A stretch of DNA of 47,388 nt from a virus (taxonomy: Duplodnaviria; Heunggongvirae; Uroviricota; Caudoviricetes). Under the pieces are notes generated by a model. The model searched no databases, was not told the origin of the DNA, and worked only from the letters and a program-made list of their open reading frames with translations. Location: the IMG/VR virus record IMGVR_UViG_2558860288_000006; one strand, 5' to 3'. Below, one piece after another: positions 18,346-27,851 of this stretch. The number at the start of each line of letters is the position of its first letter. The stretch's first letter is position 1. A program made the translations under genes and the position numbers.

Positions 18346-19374
18346 TTATGCGTATTTGGCAGACAACAGGGTGATCCCCTCAGGGCGGAAGTTCCAGCCC
18401 GGCGTCGCGCGCATGGTATACAACGTGGTCAGGCCGCCATCCGGCATAGGGGACGGAATTTCCGTCGGCGCTGCCATATCACAGAACATCACGTTGACGG
18501 CCTGCTGGTTAGGTACCAGCGTGGAGAAAATATTGGTGTTAATGGTGTGACGCGCTTCCGGAACCTCAATCGTCGGGTTCGTAACGATGATCAGGTCATT
18601 ACCACCAGCGCCTTTACCGATCAGCGTGTCGTCCTGGCAGAAAATGATGTCGTCGCCTGTCGCCTTATCGGCGACGTCTTTAACCATCGTTCCCACCGTT
18701 CCGGTACCACCACCAGGACGCTGGTAACTGGTCAGCTCAACAATTCCTGTCCACTCCAGCGCCTTCATGAATCGCTGTGGGCTCAGAATAACAGTCGTTA
18801 ATGGCTGCCCCAGCAGCAACATGCGGGTTTTCTGGTCAGCAATCAGGCCAAGCATAAATTTAGCCATCTCACCGGAATCCCAGGTGGTATATGAATCATT
18901 CCCTTTGCTGTCGTTGCCCAGATTCAGCGTCACTGCGTTCGGGGAGTTGGTGATCCCCTCGTTATTAGCTGCATTCACGCCATACAGCAGCATATTACGC
19001 AACATTTGAGCGTGTCCCTGACGGTTAGCCAGGCGCAGGCCTTCAATCAGAGAATAGCCCCAGCGATCTGCTGCATCAGTATCGAGATAGCTGTATTGCG
19101 AGCGGGAAGAAATTCGGTAAGTCATCATTCCGTCATAGCCGCCAGAGATACTGGAAGACGGTAACTGACCCGGCAGAGACTGGCTGACCTGCGCCTGCGA
19201 GGTCATGCGCAGATATTTCTGATAGACCATCAAATCACTGGAACTGATTTTTACCGCTGGAGCACCACCAGCCAGGACTTCAAACGCCCCGGAAGCCATG
19301 CTCTGTTGCACGATCATTTCCGGCAGCACCATTGACGGCGACACAATAGTAGTCGCAGGAGTAAATGCGCTCAT
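18346..19374 (-). CDS. Major capsid protein (lambda gpE-like size)
   Basis: 342 aa ORF following scaffold and decoration-like genes; hairpin terminator immediately downstream. Confidence 0.6.
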   Translation of the reverse strand: MSAFTPATTIVSPSMVLPEMIVQQSMASGAFEVLAGGAPAVKISSSDLMVYQKYLRMTSQAQVSQSLPGQLPSSSISGGYDGMMTYRISSRSQYSYLDTDAADRWGYSLIEGLRLANRQGHAQMLRNMLLYGVNAANNEGITNSPNAVTLNLGNDSKGNDSYTTWDSGEMAKFMLGLIADQKTRMLLLGQPLTTVILSPQRFMKALEWTGIVELTSYQRPGGGTGTVGTMVKDVADKATGDDIIFCQDDTLIGKGAGGNDLIIVTNPTIEVPEARHTINTNIFSTLVPNQQAVNVMFCDMAAPTEIPSPMPDGGLTTLYTMRATPGWNFRPEGITLLSAKYA

Positions 19375-19388
19375 TAATTAATATCCCC

Positions 19389-20006
19389 TTAAATTAAAAA
19401 CAGGCCGCACGGTTTGCCGATTTCCCAGACAACGTTACCGCCATCCTCTTTTTTCACCGTCAGGTTTCCGTCAACTGAAACCATCAGCAGCTTAATATCC
19501 ACTTTCGGATTAGCGCCGGGTGATCCCGAATAAACATCAACCATGTTTTTCGTCAGATCCCACACAAAACCACTGGCAGCAACGGTGTTATTTCCATCAG
19601 CCAGCGCAACAACTTCTGCACTGACAGGGAGAGGAATACGGGCACCTGAGCCAACGCGGTAATAGTGAACAAAGCCACCCGCGAGATATAACGGCACCGG
19701 ATTATCCGGCGTGGTAATGCCATGAAATGCCTGATTAAAGACAGTAAAGGCGTTACAGGCGTCCTTCGTGGCTTGTTTAATTACCGCACCGTTAACGCTG
19801 TCTTTCGCGGGAGCAATGCACTCCATAACTCCAACTCCACCCCATACCGGTTCAGTGATTTTGCTGTCCAGTCGACCGGAGCAAAGTTGCAGACGAATTG
19901 CCGGATCATCCTGCGCATCCCCCTGCATCAGCCCACGGGATTCGACGTTAAAAAGGCCACCAAATGCTCCACGGTTTTTAAACGGATGAAAGTTAATATC
20001 AGCCAT
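19389..20006 (-). CDS. Head decoration / accessory capsid protein
   Basis: 205 aa ORF directly upstream of the major capsid gene (gpD-like position). Confidence 0.35.
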   Translation of the reverse strand: MADINFHPFKNRGAFGGLFNVESRGLMQGDAQDDPAIRLQLCSGRLDSKITEPVWGGVGVMECIAPAKDSVNGAVIKQATKDACNAFTVFNQAFHGITTPDNPVPLYLAGGFVHYYRVGSGARIPLPVSAEVVALADGNNTVAASGFVWDLTKNMVDVYSGSPGANPKVDIKLLMVSVDGNLTVKKEDGGNVVWEIGKPCGLFLI

Positions 20007-21321
20007 TGTTCAGGCTCCCTTGAGTGTTAATTTTTGCCAGACGACGCCCCGGAATTTTGAAAGCACTCAGCCAGACGTTCGGATCGCCCTGATATTCAGT
20101 AATGCGACGTCCGGCTTCATCGTTGCGGATACGTTTATGCAGTTGCCCCTGCGTACTCATCATTTCTTTTTCGATGGACTGACGGGCGGCACTGAAAATT
20201 GCGTCCTCAAGCACAGCCAGCGTTGCAGAATCCGCAATCGCGCGAATATTGACGTCCTTATGTGCCGGAGAGTGTTTCTGCATAGCGATTAGCGCACGCT
20301 TGCGGTAGTCCAGCGCATTTTCACCAGAAAACGGTGCTGGCGCGTTTTTACCGCAGGCACTGAATGCGGAGTCGGCTTTTGCCTGTGCTTCTGCCAGGGC
20401 AGAGTCATTGCGTTCTTTTTCTGCCTCCTCGTCAGCCTTACGCTGTTCTTCCGCTTCGGAATCAGCCTTTGCTTTCTCCTCAGCGTCTTTAGCTGCCGCC
20501 TCGTCAGCTTTGGCTTTTTCTTCCGCCTCCTTTGCCGCAGCTTCATCAGCTTTACGCTGTTCCTCTGTTGCTTCATCGGCTTTGGCCTTTTCTTCGGCCT
20601 CTTTTTTCGCCTGAGCTTCGGCGTCCGCCCGCGCTTTGTCCCGCTGTTCCAGTGAGTCCATGCGCGTAACGACACCATCGATTTTCTGATTAATGCCTTG
20701 CAGGGCATCGCTCACAACCCCCTGTAACAGGGCCTGGAGTTCTTCTTTTTCCATCTCGATTTCACCTGTGCTTGTCACTTCAACCCCTGCGGGGATCCGG
20801 TCTTTATCCCACACGCCCAGCGAGCCGTGGTCTTTCGTCACCAGGGCGATGTGATCAACAAGGAAAGGAACGCCTTCGATTAAAAAATTGGTGTCACCTT
20901 CCTGTACTTCCACATTTCCTGATGTGCTGTTGAACACCACCGACGGGCTTGTCGAAACATCCCCCTCAGCGATTTCTTCAACAATGCTCTGGAGGTAAAC
21001 GCGGCACACCGCCCATACCTCATCACCCCGGATATACGGCAGCATGACGCTACCGACGATCCGCGATTTAAAATCCTCCTCCGTCAGAACTGCGTCGTCA
21101 GGATGGTTTGTGATAACCGGAAGGCCATTGCATCGCCTTAAAAACTCCTCGTTCAGATAGAGCTTTGGATCACGCCAGACGTGCTCTTTCAGCCCGGCGC
21201 GATAGGCAAGCCCGGTTCCGGTTATGCGCAAATTCACCAACCACATGTTGGAGAATTTCACCGGAGACGGTACGGTTCCGTCCCTGATGCGTTCTGCCAC
21301 TTCAAGCTCGGTTAAACTCAC
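19999..21321 (-). CDS. Prohead protease / scaffolding protein (gpC-like)
   Basis: 440 aa; central Lys/Ala/Glu-rich tandem repeats (AEEKAKADEAAAK...) typical of scaffold coiled coils; GTG start at 21321 with a GGAGAAGGG SD. Confidence 0.45.
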   Translation of the reverse strand: MSLTELEVAERIRDGTVPSPVKFSNMWLVNLRITGTGLAYRAGLKEHVWRDPKLYLNEEFLRRCNGLPVITNHPDDAVLTEEDFKSRIVGSVMLPYIRGDEVWAVCRVYLQSIVEEIAEGDVSTSPSVVFNSTSGNVEVQEGDTNFLIEGVPFLVDHIALVTKDHGSLGVWDKDRIPAGVEVTSTGEIEMEKEELQALLQGVVSDALQGINQKIDGVVTRMDSLEQRDKARADAEAQAKKEAEEKAKADEATEEQRKADEAAAKEAEEKAKADEAAAKDAEEKAKADSEAEEQRKADEEAEKERNDSALAEAQAKADSAFSACGKNAPAPFSGENALDYRKRALIAMQKHSPAHKDVNIRAIADSATLAVLEDAIFSAARQSIEKEMMSTQGQLHKRIRNDEAGRRITEYQGDPNVWLSAFKIPGRRLAKINTQGSLNNG

Positions 21322-22135
21322 GTTTGCCCTTCTCCGTTAAAAATTCGTCGGGTAGTTTCTGAGGGGCGTAGATCGGCAGAGCATCGCAACTGCAATAAAC
21401 CTCCTCCCCGGCAGCAGTGATTTCGTCATAAAAACCATATACGGGCTTAATAAGCCCCTGCTCCAGCGCCCACGAATCGCGGAGGAGATAAATTTTCTCG
21501 TCGCGCTCTTTGTGGTCCTGTCGGTATTTGTAGCCCGGACGCCGCCAGTTAGAATGCCAGCGCAGAGCAATCGCACCACTCTGAACAGCCAGCAGATACT
21601 TAACGTTGCTCGCCAGCTTATGTCCCTGGTCAATTGCCACCCGGCGACTGATAAAATCCATATCCTTCACGGACTTCTGAAAACCGGACTTCACTTCCCG
21701 GCGATCAATTTCGCTCACCCCGTCAGGCGGAATGGACGTAACCCATCCCTGAAAACGCTGTATGGTTTTCTCGATAGCCTGTTCGCGGTTGAGTTTTATC
21801 AGGTTGGCACTGGCGAAAATTCGCCTGTCGAGTTCCTTACGAAACTCAGGTTTCAGTTTTTCAACAGTGATTTTTTTAGGGCCATCAGGAGGCTGATCCC
21901 GTAATGCCCCGCCGTCGATGACAAGACGGCTGTAGATAGCGGTGAGATGTTTTCTGGCTACGGTATCATCAGGGGTTTCTCGCTGAGCGGCTACACGGAG
22001 TTTCCGGCACCATTCGAGCAATGATTTTTCGCTATCCCACCCGTGATTTACGTAGTAGTTAACGGCATCCGTCAGAACCTCATACAGCGTCCTGATCCGT
22101 TTCTTCTTCCTCACCGCCCGGCTGGAAATTGCCAT
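21302..22135 (-). CDS. Head morphogenesis protein (minor head, F-like position)
   Basis: 277 aa from ATG at 22135 with an AGGAG SD; lies between portal and scaffold genes; overlaps the portal 3' end by 56 nt. Confidence 0.4.
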   Translation of the reverse strand: MAISSRAVRKKKRIRTLYEVLTDAVNYYVNHGWDSEKSLLEWCRKLRVAAQRETPDDTVARKHLTAIYSRLVIDGGALRDQPPDGPKKITVEKLKPEFRKELDRRIFASANLIKLNREQAIEKTIQRFQGWVTSIPPDGVSEIDRREVKSGFQKSVKDMDFISRRVAIDQGHKLASNVKYLLAVQSGAIALRWHSNWRRPGYKYRQDHKERDEKIYLLRDSWALEQGLIKPVYGFYDEITAAGEEVYCSCDALPIYAPQKLPDEFLTEKGKREFNRA

Positions 22136-23516
22136 CAGGCGTCTCCTGCTTCGGTGGTTCATAATTCGCCAGCGCGTCCACATCAATGATGAGTGGAGCT
22201 TCGCCATAGGTTTGCGTGGCATTAACAAGGCTTGCCAGCCATTCAGTGACGGCGGCACGGTTTTCAGGATCAACCTGTGGCGACACGGCAGAGAAAAGTG
22301 CTATCGCCTGTTGAATCACTTTACTGTCGCTTTCCCGGCGTTTGTCCGGCGACTCCTCCACCAGCTCCTGCCATGTCGCGGTAAATTCACGTCGCCACTG
22401 GTAAAACGTGGTTTTATAGTCATCAGTTATGATGTCCGGGTAATCATTTTTCAGCGACTGATAAAATTCCTCGTTCCAGGCGATGTACTGCACCAGGCGT
22501 TCGAAATAATCCATCACAGGTTCAATCTGCTGGCGTACACCATCGATATACTGGCTGATAGCTTTCGAATCCTCAGTTCCTTCACCGAAACCATTCGAGA
22601 AAGCCTCCTCCTTGATGAGAATCGCGGGAACATCGCTACCTGATGCAATATCAGAAATAATGTTGTCGCGGGCGGCATTTAGCGCGCCATCGATGTTTTG
22701 TAAATTCAGCGAGGTAACGTCCTCATCCTTCCCGATACTAAGCACACCTTTATTTTTTGCCTCTTTGACATTTTCCCTTTTTCGTCCCGTGGCGGCAGCC
22801 ATGATCCCGTCAAGTTTCGAACCATACTGCACAACTTTAGCCACCAGTACGCCTGCCTTCTGGCTGACGAGATCATTCGCCTCCATCGTATTGATATAGG
22901 ATTTCAGGGAATAAAGAACACGCTGAAACACGCTTCGCCCGGTGAATCCGAACGATGAACTCTGAAACTCCAGATAAATCGGTGTGCCATTGAAAATTTT
23001 CAGTGTGCGTGACGGATGCCAGTCTTTTCCGCCAATCTTCAGCTTTTTATTGGCTTCCTGGAAAAACGGGCTGTTTGGGTTCTGGTCAGTCACCATCGAA
23101 CCAGAAGCGTTCAACGGGTCCCACGCGTTGATATACACATCATCTTCTGTCAGTCCGAATGTCGGAAGCGGCTCACGACATGGAACACTGTCGGTGCCCA
23201 CGCCGATCGCTGCGGCACCGTAGCAACGAGACAGAAAAAACAGATTTTTAATCTTCTCGTTAACCTTCATACGTTCCCATACCTCCTGGAAACGCCGCAC
23301 AACCCGCTCGTCAGGGTCTGTCTCCACGTTGTACTGACGCGGCTTACACATCGCCATAAGTATGGGTTTTTCGACAAGTTTTCCGCCCAGAGGATGGAAT
23401 TGCCACAGCAGCTTACACAATTCATAGCCAATATCGGTTCCCGGCTGAATTTCTTCAGCCTCAAGAATACGCATCAGTGCTGAACCGAGGCCGCCAGTAA
23501 TCTCGATCTCTGCCAT
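22080..23516 (-). CDS. Portal protein
   Basis: 478 aa ORF immediately downstream of the large terminase gene; acidic C-terminus; ATG at 23516 (the track start at 23519 is a TTG codon). Confidence 0.55.
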   Translation of the reverse strand: MAEIEITGGLGSALMRILEAEEIQPGTDIGYELCKLLWQFHPLGGKLVEKPILMAMCKPRQYNVETDPDERVVRRFQEVWERMKVNEKIKNLFFLSRCYGAAAIGVGTDSVPCREPLPTFGLTEDDVYINAWDPLNASGSMVTDQNPNSPFFQEANKKLKIGGKDWHPSRTLKIFNGTPIYLEFQSSSFGFTGRSVFQRVLYSLKSYINTMEANDLVSQKAGVLVAKVVQYGSKLDGIMAAATGRKRENVKEAKNKGVLSIGKDEDVTSLNLQNIDGALNAARDNIISDIASGSDVPAILIKEEAFSNGFGEGTEDSKAISQYIDGVRQQIEPVMDYFERLVQYIAWNEEFYQSLKNDYPDIITDDYKTTFYQWRREFTATWQELVEESPDKRRESDSKVIQQAIALFSAVSPQVDPENRAAVTEWLASLVNATQTYGEAPLIIDVDALANYEPPKQETPDGNFQPGGEEEETDQDAV

Positions 23517-23534
23517 CAAAAATATCCTGATTTT

Positions 23535-24863
23535 TTACAACGCCGCGTAATTACCGTGCGCGATGATCAACCCATAGGTGTAACAATCGAAAAGGTCATC
23601 AGCACGTTTATGCGCGTTTTTATCCGCCAGGTGGAATCCGGCGATTTGTTTTATGAGGTGGTTTGCGGTGGTACGTTTGAATGAAACGGTCTTGTCGTAA
23701 GCCTCCCGGACGATTTTGCACATCCCCTGATAGTGGTAGCTGGATGCCATCACCGCCCGTTCGTCTTTACCTTTGCTGGTTAGTGCCGATTTAATCGGCG
23801 TCATATCCCAGCCTTCGGTTTCCGCCTTCTGGTTGAGGATTGCCCCCATCGCGGCGTCTTCCATAAAAATGCCCTGGCAGCCCAGACGCGGACGGCATAA
23901 TTTCGCGAGGCGCTCGAGGTTGTCATAAACGCCGGGGATATATTCAGGAAGCAATGACGCTTTAATTTGCGTCACATCCCAGTCAATAATCGTCAGTTTT
24001 GGCTCGTCCGAATACGTTGACTCATAAGCGAAATACACCACGCCAGTACCATCATTTTCGGTCCCGCCTTTCAGCGCCGTATCCATCACTGCGAAAATCA
24101 TGTCGCAGTACGGCGGCATCTCAATCGGCTGACCGTCCACCAGCAGCTTATCGACATCGAGTAACGCGTCTTTGGACCAGTCCACGAACTCTGCAAGATA
24201 TTCCTGCTGCCAGACGCGCGGATCGGATTTCTTCTCCGTTTCCTCCAGTTCTTCTTTCGGAATATACGGATTCGATGAAGTTGGCGCATGGTGCATGACA
24301 AATCCCAGGGATTCATCGTGGCATATCGCGTAGAAAAAATTGCTCTCGTCGATACCGTTTGGTGTGGAAAATACCCACGCACAGCCGCGGTAATCGACAA
24401 GCGTCGGGCGTATAGCTCGGGGCCAGATTTCCTCGAGCATTTCCGGCGATTTAGTGAATGCTGCCTCATCAATCAGCACAGCGTGATATTTACGCCCACG
24501 CCCGGCCAGTTTGTTATTGTCCGTTACCCAAAAGTCGATGCGCCCCCCATTACGGAGAATAATGCGCTTTTCATTTTTTGACTGGCTGAGGATCAGCGGT
24601 TGCAGAACGGCGCTAATTTCATCCCAGATTTCCTGGTACTGGCGGTATTGTGCGGTAAAAATCCCCACCCTACCCGCGATAAGTTGCCCGGTGGTAGGAA
24701 CGGCAAATTTCCGCGTAGCGAAACTGGTAGCGATGTTTACCAGCATCACCGTTTTACCCCAGCGACGACCACAGCATACCGCGTGGAAGCGTTCCTCTAT
24801 TGCCGCCGTCCATGCAGCTATTTGCCCCTCATGAGGTTTTGGGAGGTAGATTTCAATCGACAT
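23535..24863 (-). CDS. Terminase large subunit
   Basis: Walker A CGRRWGKT near the N-terminus, Walker B-like VLIDEAA, acidic nuclease-domain residues; 442 aa. Confidence 0.8.
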   Translation of the reverse strand: MSIEIYLPKPHEGQIAAWTAAIEERFHAVCCGRRWGKTVMLVNIATSFATRKFAVPTTGQLIAGRVGIFTAQYRQYQEIWDEISAVLQPLILSQSKNEKRIILRNGGRIDFWVTDNNKLAGRGRKYHAVLIDEAAFTKSPEMLEEIWPRAIRPTLVDYRGCAWVFSTPNGIDESNFFYAICHDESLGFVMHHAPTSSNPYIPKEELEETEKKSDPRVWQQEYLAEFVDWSKDALLDVDKLLVDGQPIEMPPYCDMIFAVMDTALKGGTENDGTGVVYFAYESTYSDEPKLTIIDWDVTQIKASLLPEYIPGVYDNLERLAKLCRPRLGCQGIFMEDAAMGAILNQKAETEGWDMTPIKSALTSKGKDERAVMASSYHYQGMCKIVREAYDKTVSFKRTTANHLIKQIAGFHLADKNAHKRADDLFDCYTYGLIIAHGNYAAL

Positions 24864-25944
24864 TATCCACTCCCGGCATCGGCAGAGAGTTGTGGATAAT
24901 TATTTCGTTATTCTCACCACCCACGCCTTTTTTGAGGTTTTCAATCTCAGTGCGCAGCTTTTCGTTGCGAAGCCTCAGTCCTTCAAGCTCCAGATCATTG
25001 CGACTGTCAGTTGCACCACCAGCAGAACTTCCTTTCGTCGCCATTATCAGCTTGATAAGTTCGCGCCGGGCGGCAGCCTTATCCTCCAGCAGGATCTCAA
25101 CACCAAATTTCCCGAGCTTTGCCCCTGCATATAATTGTCGCGCATCCCCATCAAGCAGAGTGGTATCAGCCATATAAAGCTGTCCCGTTCCCTCACCGCA
25201 GCACTTCGGACAATCCGGATTGGGTATGGCGTTATCAACAAAGCCGAGGCCTCCATATTCCGGCTCGGGTTTGCCATCTCTGGAGGCCTGTGCCGCTGCC
25301 TTATCGAATTCTGCAATATCACGCCACTGGTAGAGATGATTCTCGCCCCAGCAATAACGGCAGTTAACACGGCGAAATTGTGCCAACTGATTGGGGTCGG
25401 CCTGGACAATAGCCATCAACTGACTCACCAGTAAATCCAGGTCTGCGGTATAGCGTTTCTGATACTGATTGCGGAAGTAGCTGATAGCACGATAAACCCT
25501 GGCATTTCTAAGCATACGGCTGGCGTTGCTGTTAGCTGTCGCACCTTGCCCCTCATAACCAGCCAGTCGGTATGCCTCTGTCGGCTTTTTCCCCTGAGCA
25601 ACAAGCATCGCAAACTTAGCCTGCTGGTCAGAAATGCCGAATTCATCGGGGCAGAACGAAAATTCCTCCGCGTCGCCCTCATTCAGGCACGCATCGGATA
25701 CTGGCTTTTTTTTCTGAGATTTTCCGTTCCGCTTTTGCGCAGTCTGCGCAGATTTTTTCTGCGCACTTTGTTGCGCAGTTTTGCGCATTTCTGTCTGCGC
25801 ATTTTTCGGAGGTTTTTTGATGTAACGACGGGCTGTTGCGTAATTCAGTCCCCTTGCCTCACACCATGCCACCGGAGATACACCGGAGCGGGTGTATTCA
25901 GCAATATATTCCTGCTGCAACGCCCCCCAGTCCGGTCTGCTCAT
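24853..25944 (-). CDS. Terminase small subunit (DNA-binding)
   Basis: 363 aa ORF directly upstream of and overlapping the large terminase gene; N-terminal HTH-like segment GVSPVAWCEARGLNYATARRYI; basic linker. Confidence 0.5.
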   Translation of the reverse strand: MSRPDWGALQQEYIAEYTRSGVSPVAWCEARGLNYATARRYIKKPPKNAQTEMRKTAQQSAQKKSAQTAQKRNGKSQKKKPVSDACLNEGDAEEFSFCPDEFGISDQQAKFAMLVAQGKKPTEAYRLAGYEGQGATANSNASRMLRNARVYRAISYFRNQYQKRYTADLDLLVSQLMAIVQADPNQLAQFRRVNCRYCWGENHLYQWRDIAEFDKAAAQASRDGKPEPEYGGLGFVDNAIPNPDCPKCCGEGTGQLYMADTTLLDGDARQLYAGAKLGKFGVEILLEDKAAARRELIKLIMATKGSSAGGATDSRNDLELEGLRLRNEKLRTEIENLKKGVGGENNEIIIHNSLPMPGVDNVD

Positions 25945-25947
25945 CAG

Positions 25948-26199
25948 TTAGTCCTGATTTTTATCCACCCTGAGTAGTTCACGCAGGGCAAAGGCATCCC
26001 CTTTTCTGGCAAGCTTAAACAATGCCGCCCGTAGTTCGGCTTCACCTTTCGCTCTGCCCTTACGGATGGATGCGTAAAAATCTGTCATTGCTTCCCGATT
26101 TTCTTTCAGTCGGTTCAGATCAACATCCAGAACGTCAGCGATTTGTTGTGCAGTCATCCGGCACGCTGCCAGAGACTCGACTTTCGAATACGGAATCAT
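25948..26199 (-). CDS. Small HTH-like DNA-binding protein
   Basis: 83 aa with SD before the ATG at 26199; segment MTAQQIADVLDVDLNRL resembles an HTH; 4 nt upstream of the small terminase gene. Confidence 0.4.
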   Translation of the reverse strand: MIPYSKVESLAACRMTAQQIADVLDVDLNRLKENREAMTDFYASIRKGRAKGEAELRAALFKLARKGDAFALRELLRVDKNQD

Positions 26200-27067
26200 T
26201 TGTCACCCCCATTGATATGCAGGGTGTCTTCTTCCTGTATTTTTCGTGAAGGATTTTTACTGCAGCGTTGTTCCAGGTGACCTGATGGTGAATGCGTTTA
26301 TGGCTGGCCCCCATCAGTGAGATTTTTACGCACGAGGGCGCATACATGACGGAGTAAAAACTTTTAACGTAGGTTCCGGAATCCAGATACAGCTCGGTCA
26401 TTCCGCCGCTGTTTTTCTGCGTCTGTTTCTGCCCTAACTGGACAGCACCGATCGTCATAAACAATTCACCACAGCGACCGAGATTCGTGTACGTATTCAC
26501 ATCCTCGTTAATGCGCCCCATGAATGAGAACGGTCGATCAACCGAACAGATAAAGCTGTTCATTGCCTTGCGTTTCACCCACGAAGCATGGCCGCCATTG
26601 TCACCAAGAAAATCCCCGCCCTGCGACATAGCGATGGAAAGCGCAGGTATTGATTCGTAGTACGCCAGCATTTCAGAAAGGATCGCATCCAGTTTTCTTA
26701 TCGGGAAATAGGCCTGGTCATAGTTGCGATCCACCCGAAACTGGAACTCGTGATAATCATCATCGAGCTGAATGAAGTATTTACACCCGACCAGTTTTGC
26801 CAGGTCGAAACAGGCATTACGGGCGTAAAAAATTGAGCGGCGATCACCGAAATTATCGGCTTCGTCAAAACGACTGGCTATATCGGCTTTGGAAAACACC
26901 AGCACCTGTTCACCAAATTCAGCTATGTACTGATGCCGTGTCTTATCTTCATCATCAACAACGATAAAAACTTTTCCGGTATAGCCAGCACGACGCAACG
27001 TCCGGTAAGTCAGAACTTTGTCCGGGCGCCCGTGAGTCAGAATAAAGGCGCAAAAATCATCACGCAT
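26135..27067 (-). CDS. DxD-motif protein, possibly GT-A-like glycosyltransferase
   Basis: N-terminal strand-helix-strand pattern FILTHGRPDKV...KVFIVVDDED and later FIQLDDDYHEF (DxD-type acidic motif); ATG at 27067 preceded by a GGAGGAGGAGG SD. Confidence 0.35.
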   Translation of the reverse strand: MRDDFCAFILTHGRPDKVLTYRTLRRAGYTGKVFIVVDDEDKTRHQYIAEFGEQVLVFSKADIASRFDEADNFGDRRSIFYARNACFDLAKLVGCKYFIQLDDDYHEFQFRVDRNYDQAYFPIRKLDAILSEMLAYYESIPALSIAMSQGGDFLGDNGGHASWVKRKAMNSFICSVDRPFSFMGRINEDVNTYTNLGRCGELFMTIGAVQLGQKQTQKNSGGMTELYLDSGTYVKSFYSVMYAPSCVKISLMGASHKRIHHQVTWNNAAVKILHEKYRKKTPCISMGVTNDSVFESRVSGSVPDDCTTNR

Positions 27068-27851
27068 ATTCCTCCTCCTCCCCGCCATGCATGATCTCCA
27101 CCATGCGCTGCGTCATCCGGACAAATCCATTTTCAATAGCCTGCTGATAATCAATGATCACCAGCGCCGACTCCTCAAAAAGGTTCTGAATTTCAGCGGG
27201 GGCGTGAGCGTAATAGTCCGCAATTCTGCTGAAATTAAACACCGTGTGACGTTCTGCCGCGCACAGGAGGAATTTTTCGATATCAGGCTCAAGGGACGCC
27301 GAACGTATCCGGCTGACCAGCTCCTGAGTTTTCGTATCGTCGCACAGTTCACTGATATCCGGTTTATCGCCTGACGGCTCATAAACAGGCGTATCAATTT
27401 TCGTCGTGTACGGCTCCTCCTCATTTCCTGTACCTGGCAAAACATCCGTCAACAATTCATCAATTTCTGTTGGGCTGAATCCTGTCAGGGAGACATCAAA
27501 ATCAGCATTGATTAGGTCCGACAGCTCCATCCGTAACAGATCTTCATCCCAGCCAGCATTCATCGGCAGGCGATTATCTGCCAGGCGGTACGCCTTTTTT
27601 TGGTCATCCGTCAGACCAGACAGAACAATGACCGGAACCGAATCCATTTTGAGCACTTCAGCCGCCATAACACGACCGTGACCCGCAATAATTTCGCCCT
27701 TTTCATCAATCAGCACTGGATTAGTCCAGCCGAATTGCTTAATGCTTTCTACCAGTTGTGCCACCTGCTCAGGGCTGTGTGTCCTGGCATTGTGTGCATA
27801 CGGAGATAGTTCTTGTAACGGGCGATAGACGATCTTCAATTTCTCGCTCAT
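27060..27851 (-). CDS. ParB-like nuclease-domain protein
   Basis: N-terminal ParB/sulfiredoxin-type block ...YRPLQELSPYAHNARTHS...WTNPVLIDEKGEIIAGHGRVMAA...; 263 aa. Confidence 0.65.
   Translation of the reverse strand: MSEKLKIVYRPLQELSPYAHNARTHSPEQVAQLVESIKQFGWTNPVLIDEKGEIIAGHGRVMAAEVLKMDSVPVIVLSGLTDDQKKAYRLADNRLPMNAGWDEDLLRMELSDLINADFDVSLTGFSPTEIDELLTDVLPGTGNEEEPYTTKIDTPVYEPSGDKPDISELCDDTKTQELVSRIRSASLEPDIEKFLLCAAERHTVFNFSRIADYYAHAPAEIQNLFEESALVIIDYQQAIENGFVRMTQRMVEIMHGGEEEEYA

Noticed and set aside
20289-20708. 139-aa extremely basic ORF (KKRPKKRPKP...) overlapping the scaffold gene
   Set aside because: It is the alternate reading frame of the Lys/Ala/Glu tandem-repeat region of the scaffold gene; the repeat composition alone explains the open frame.
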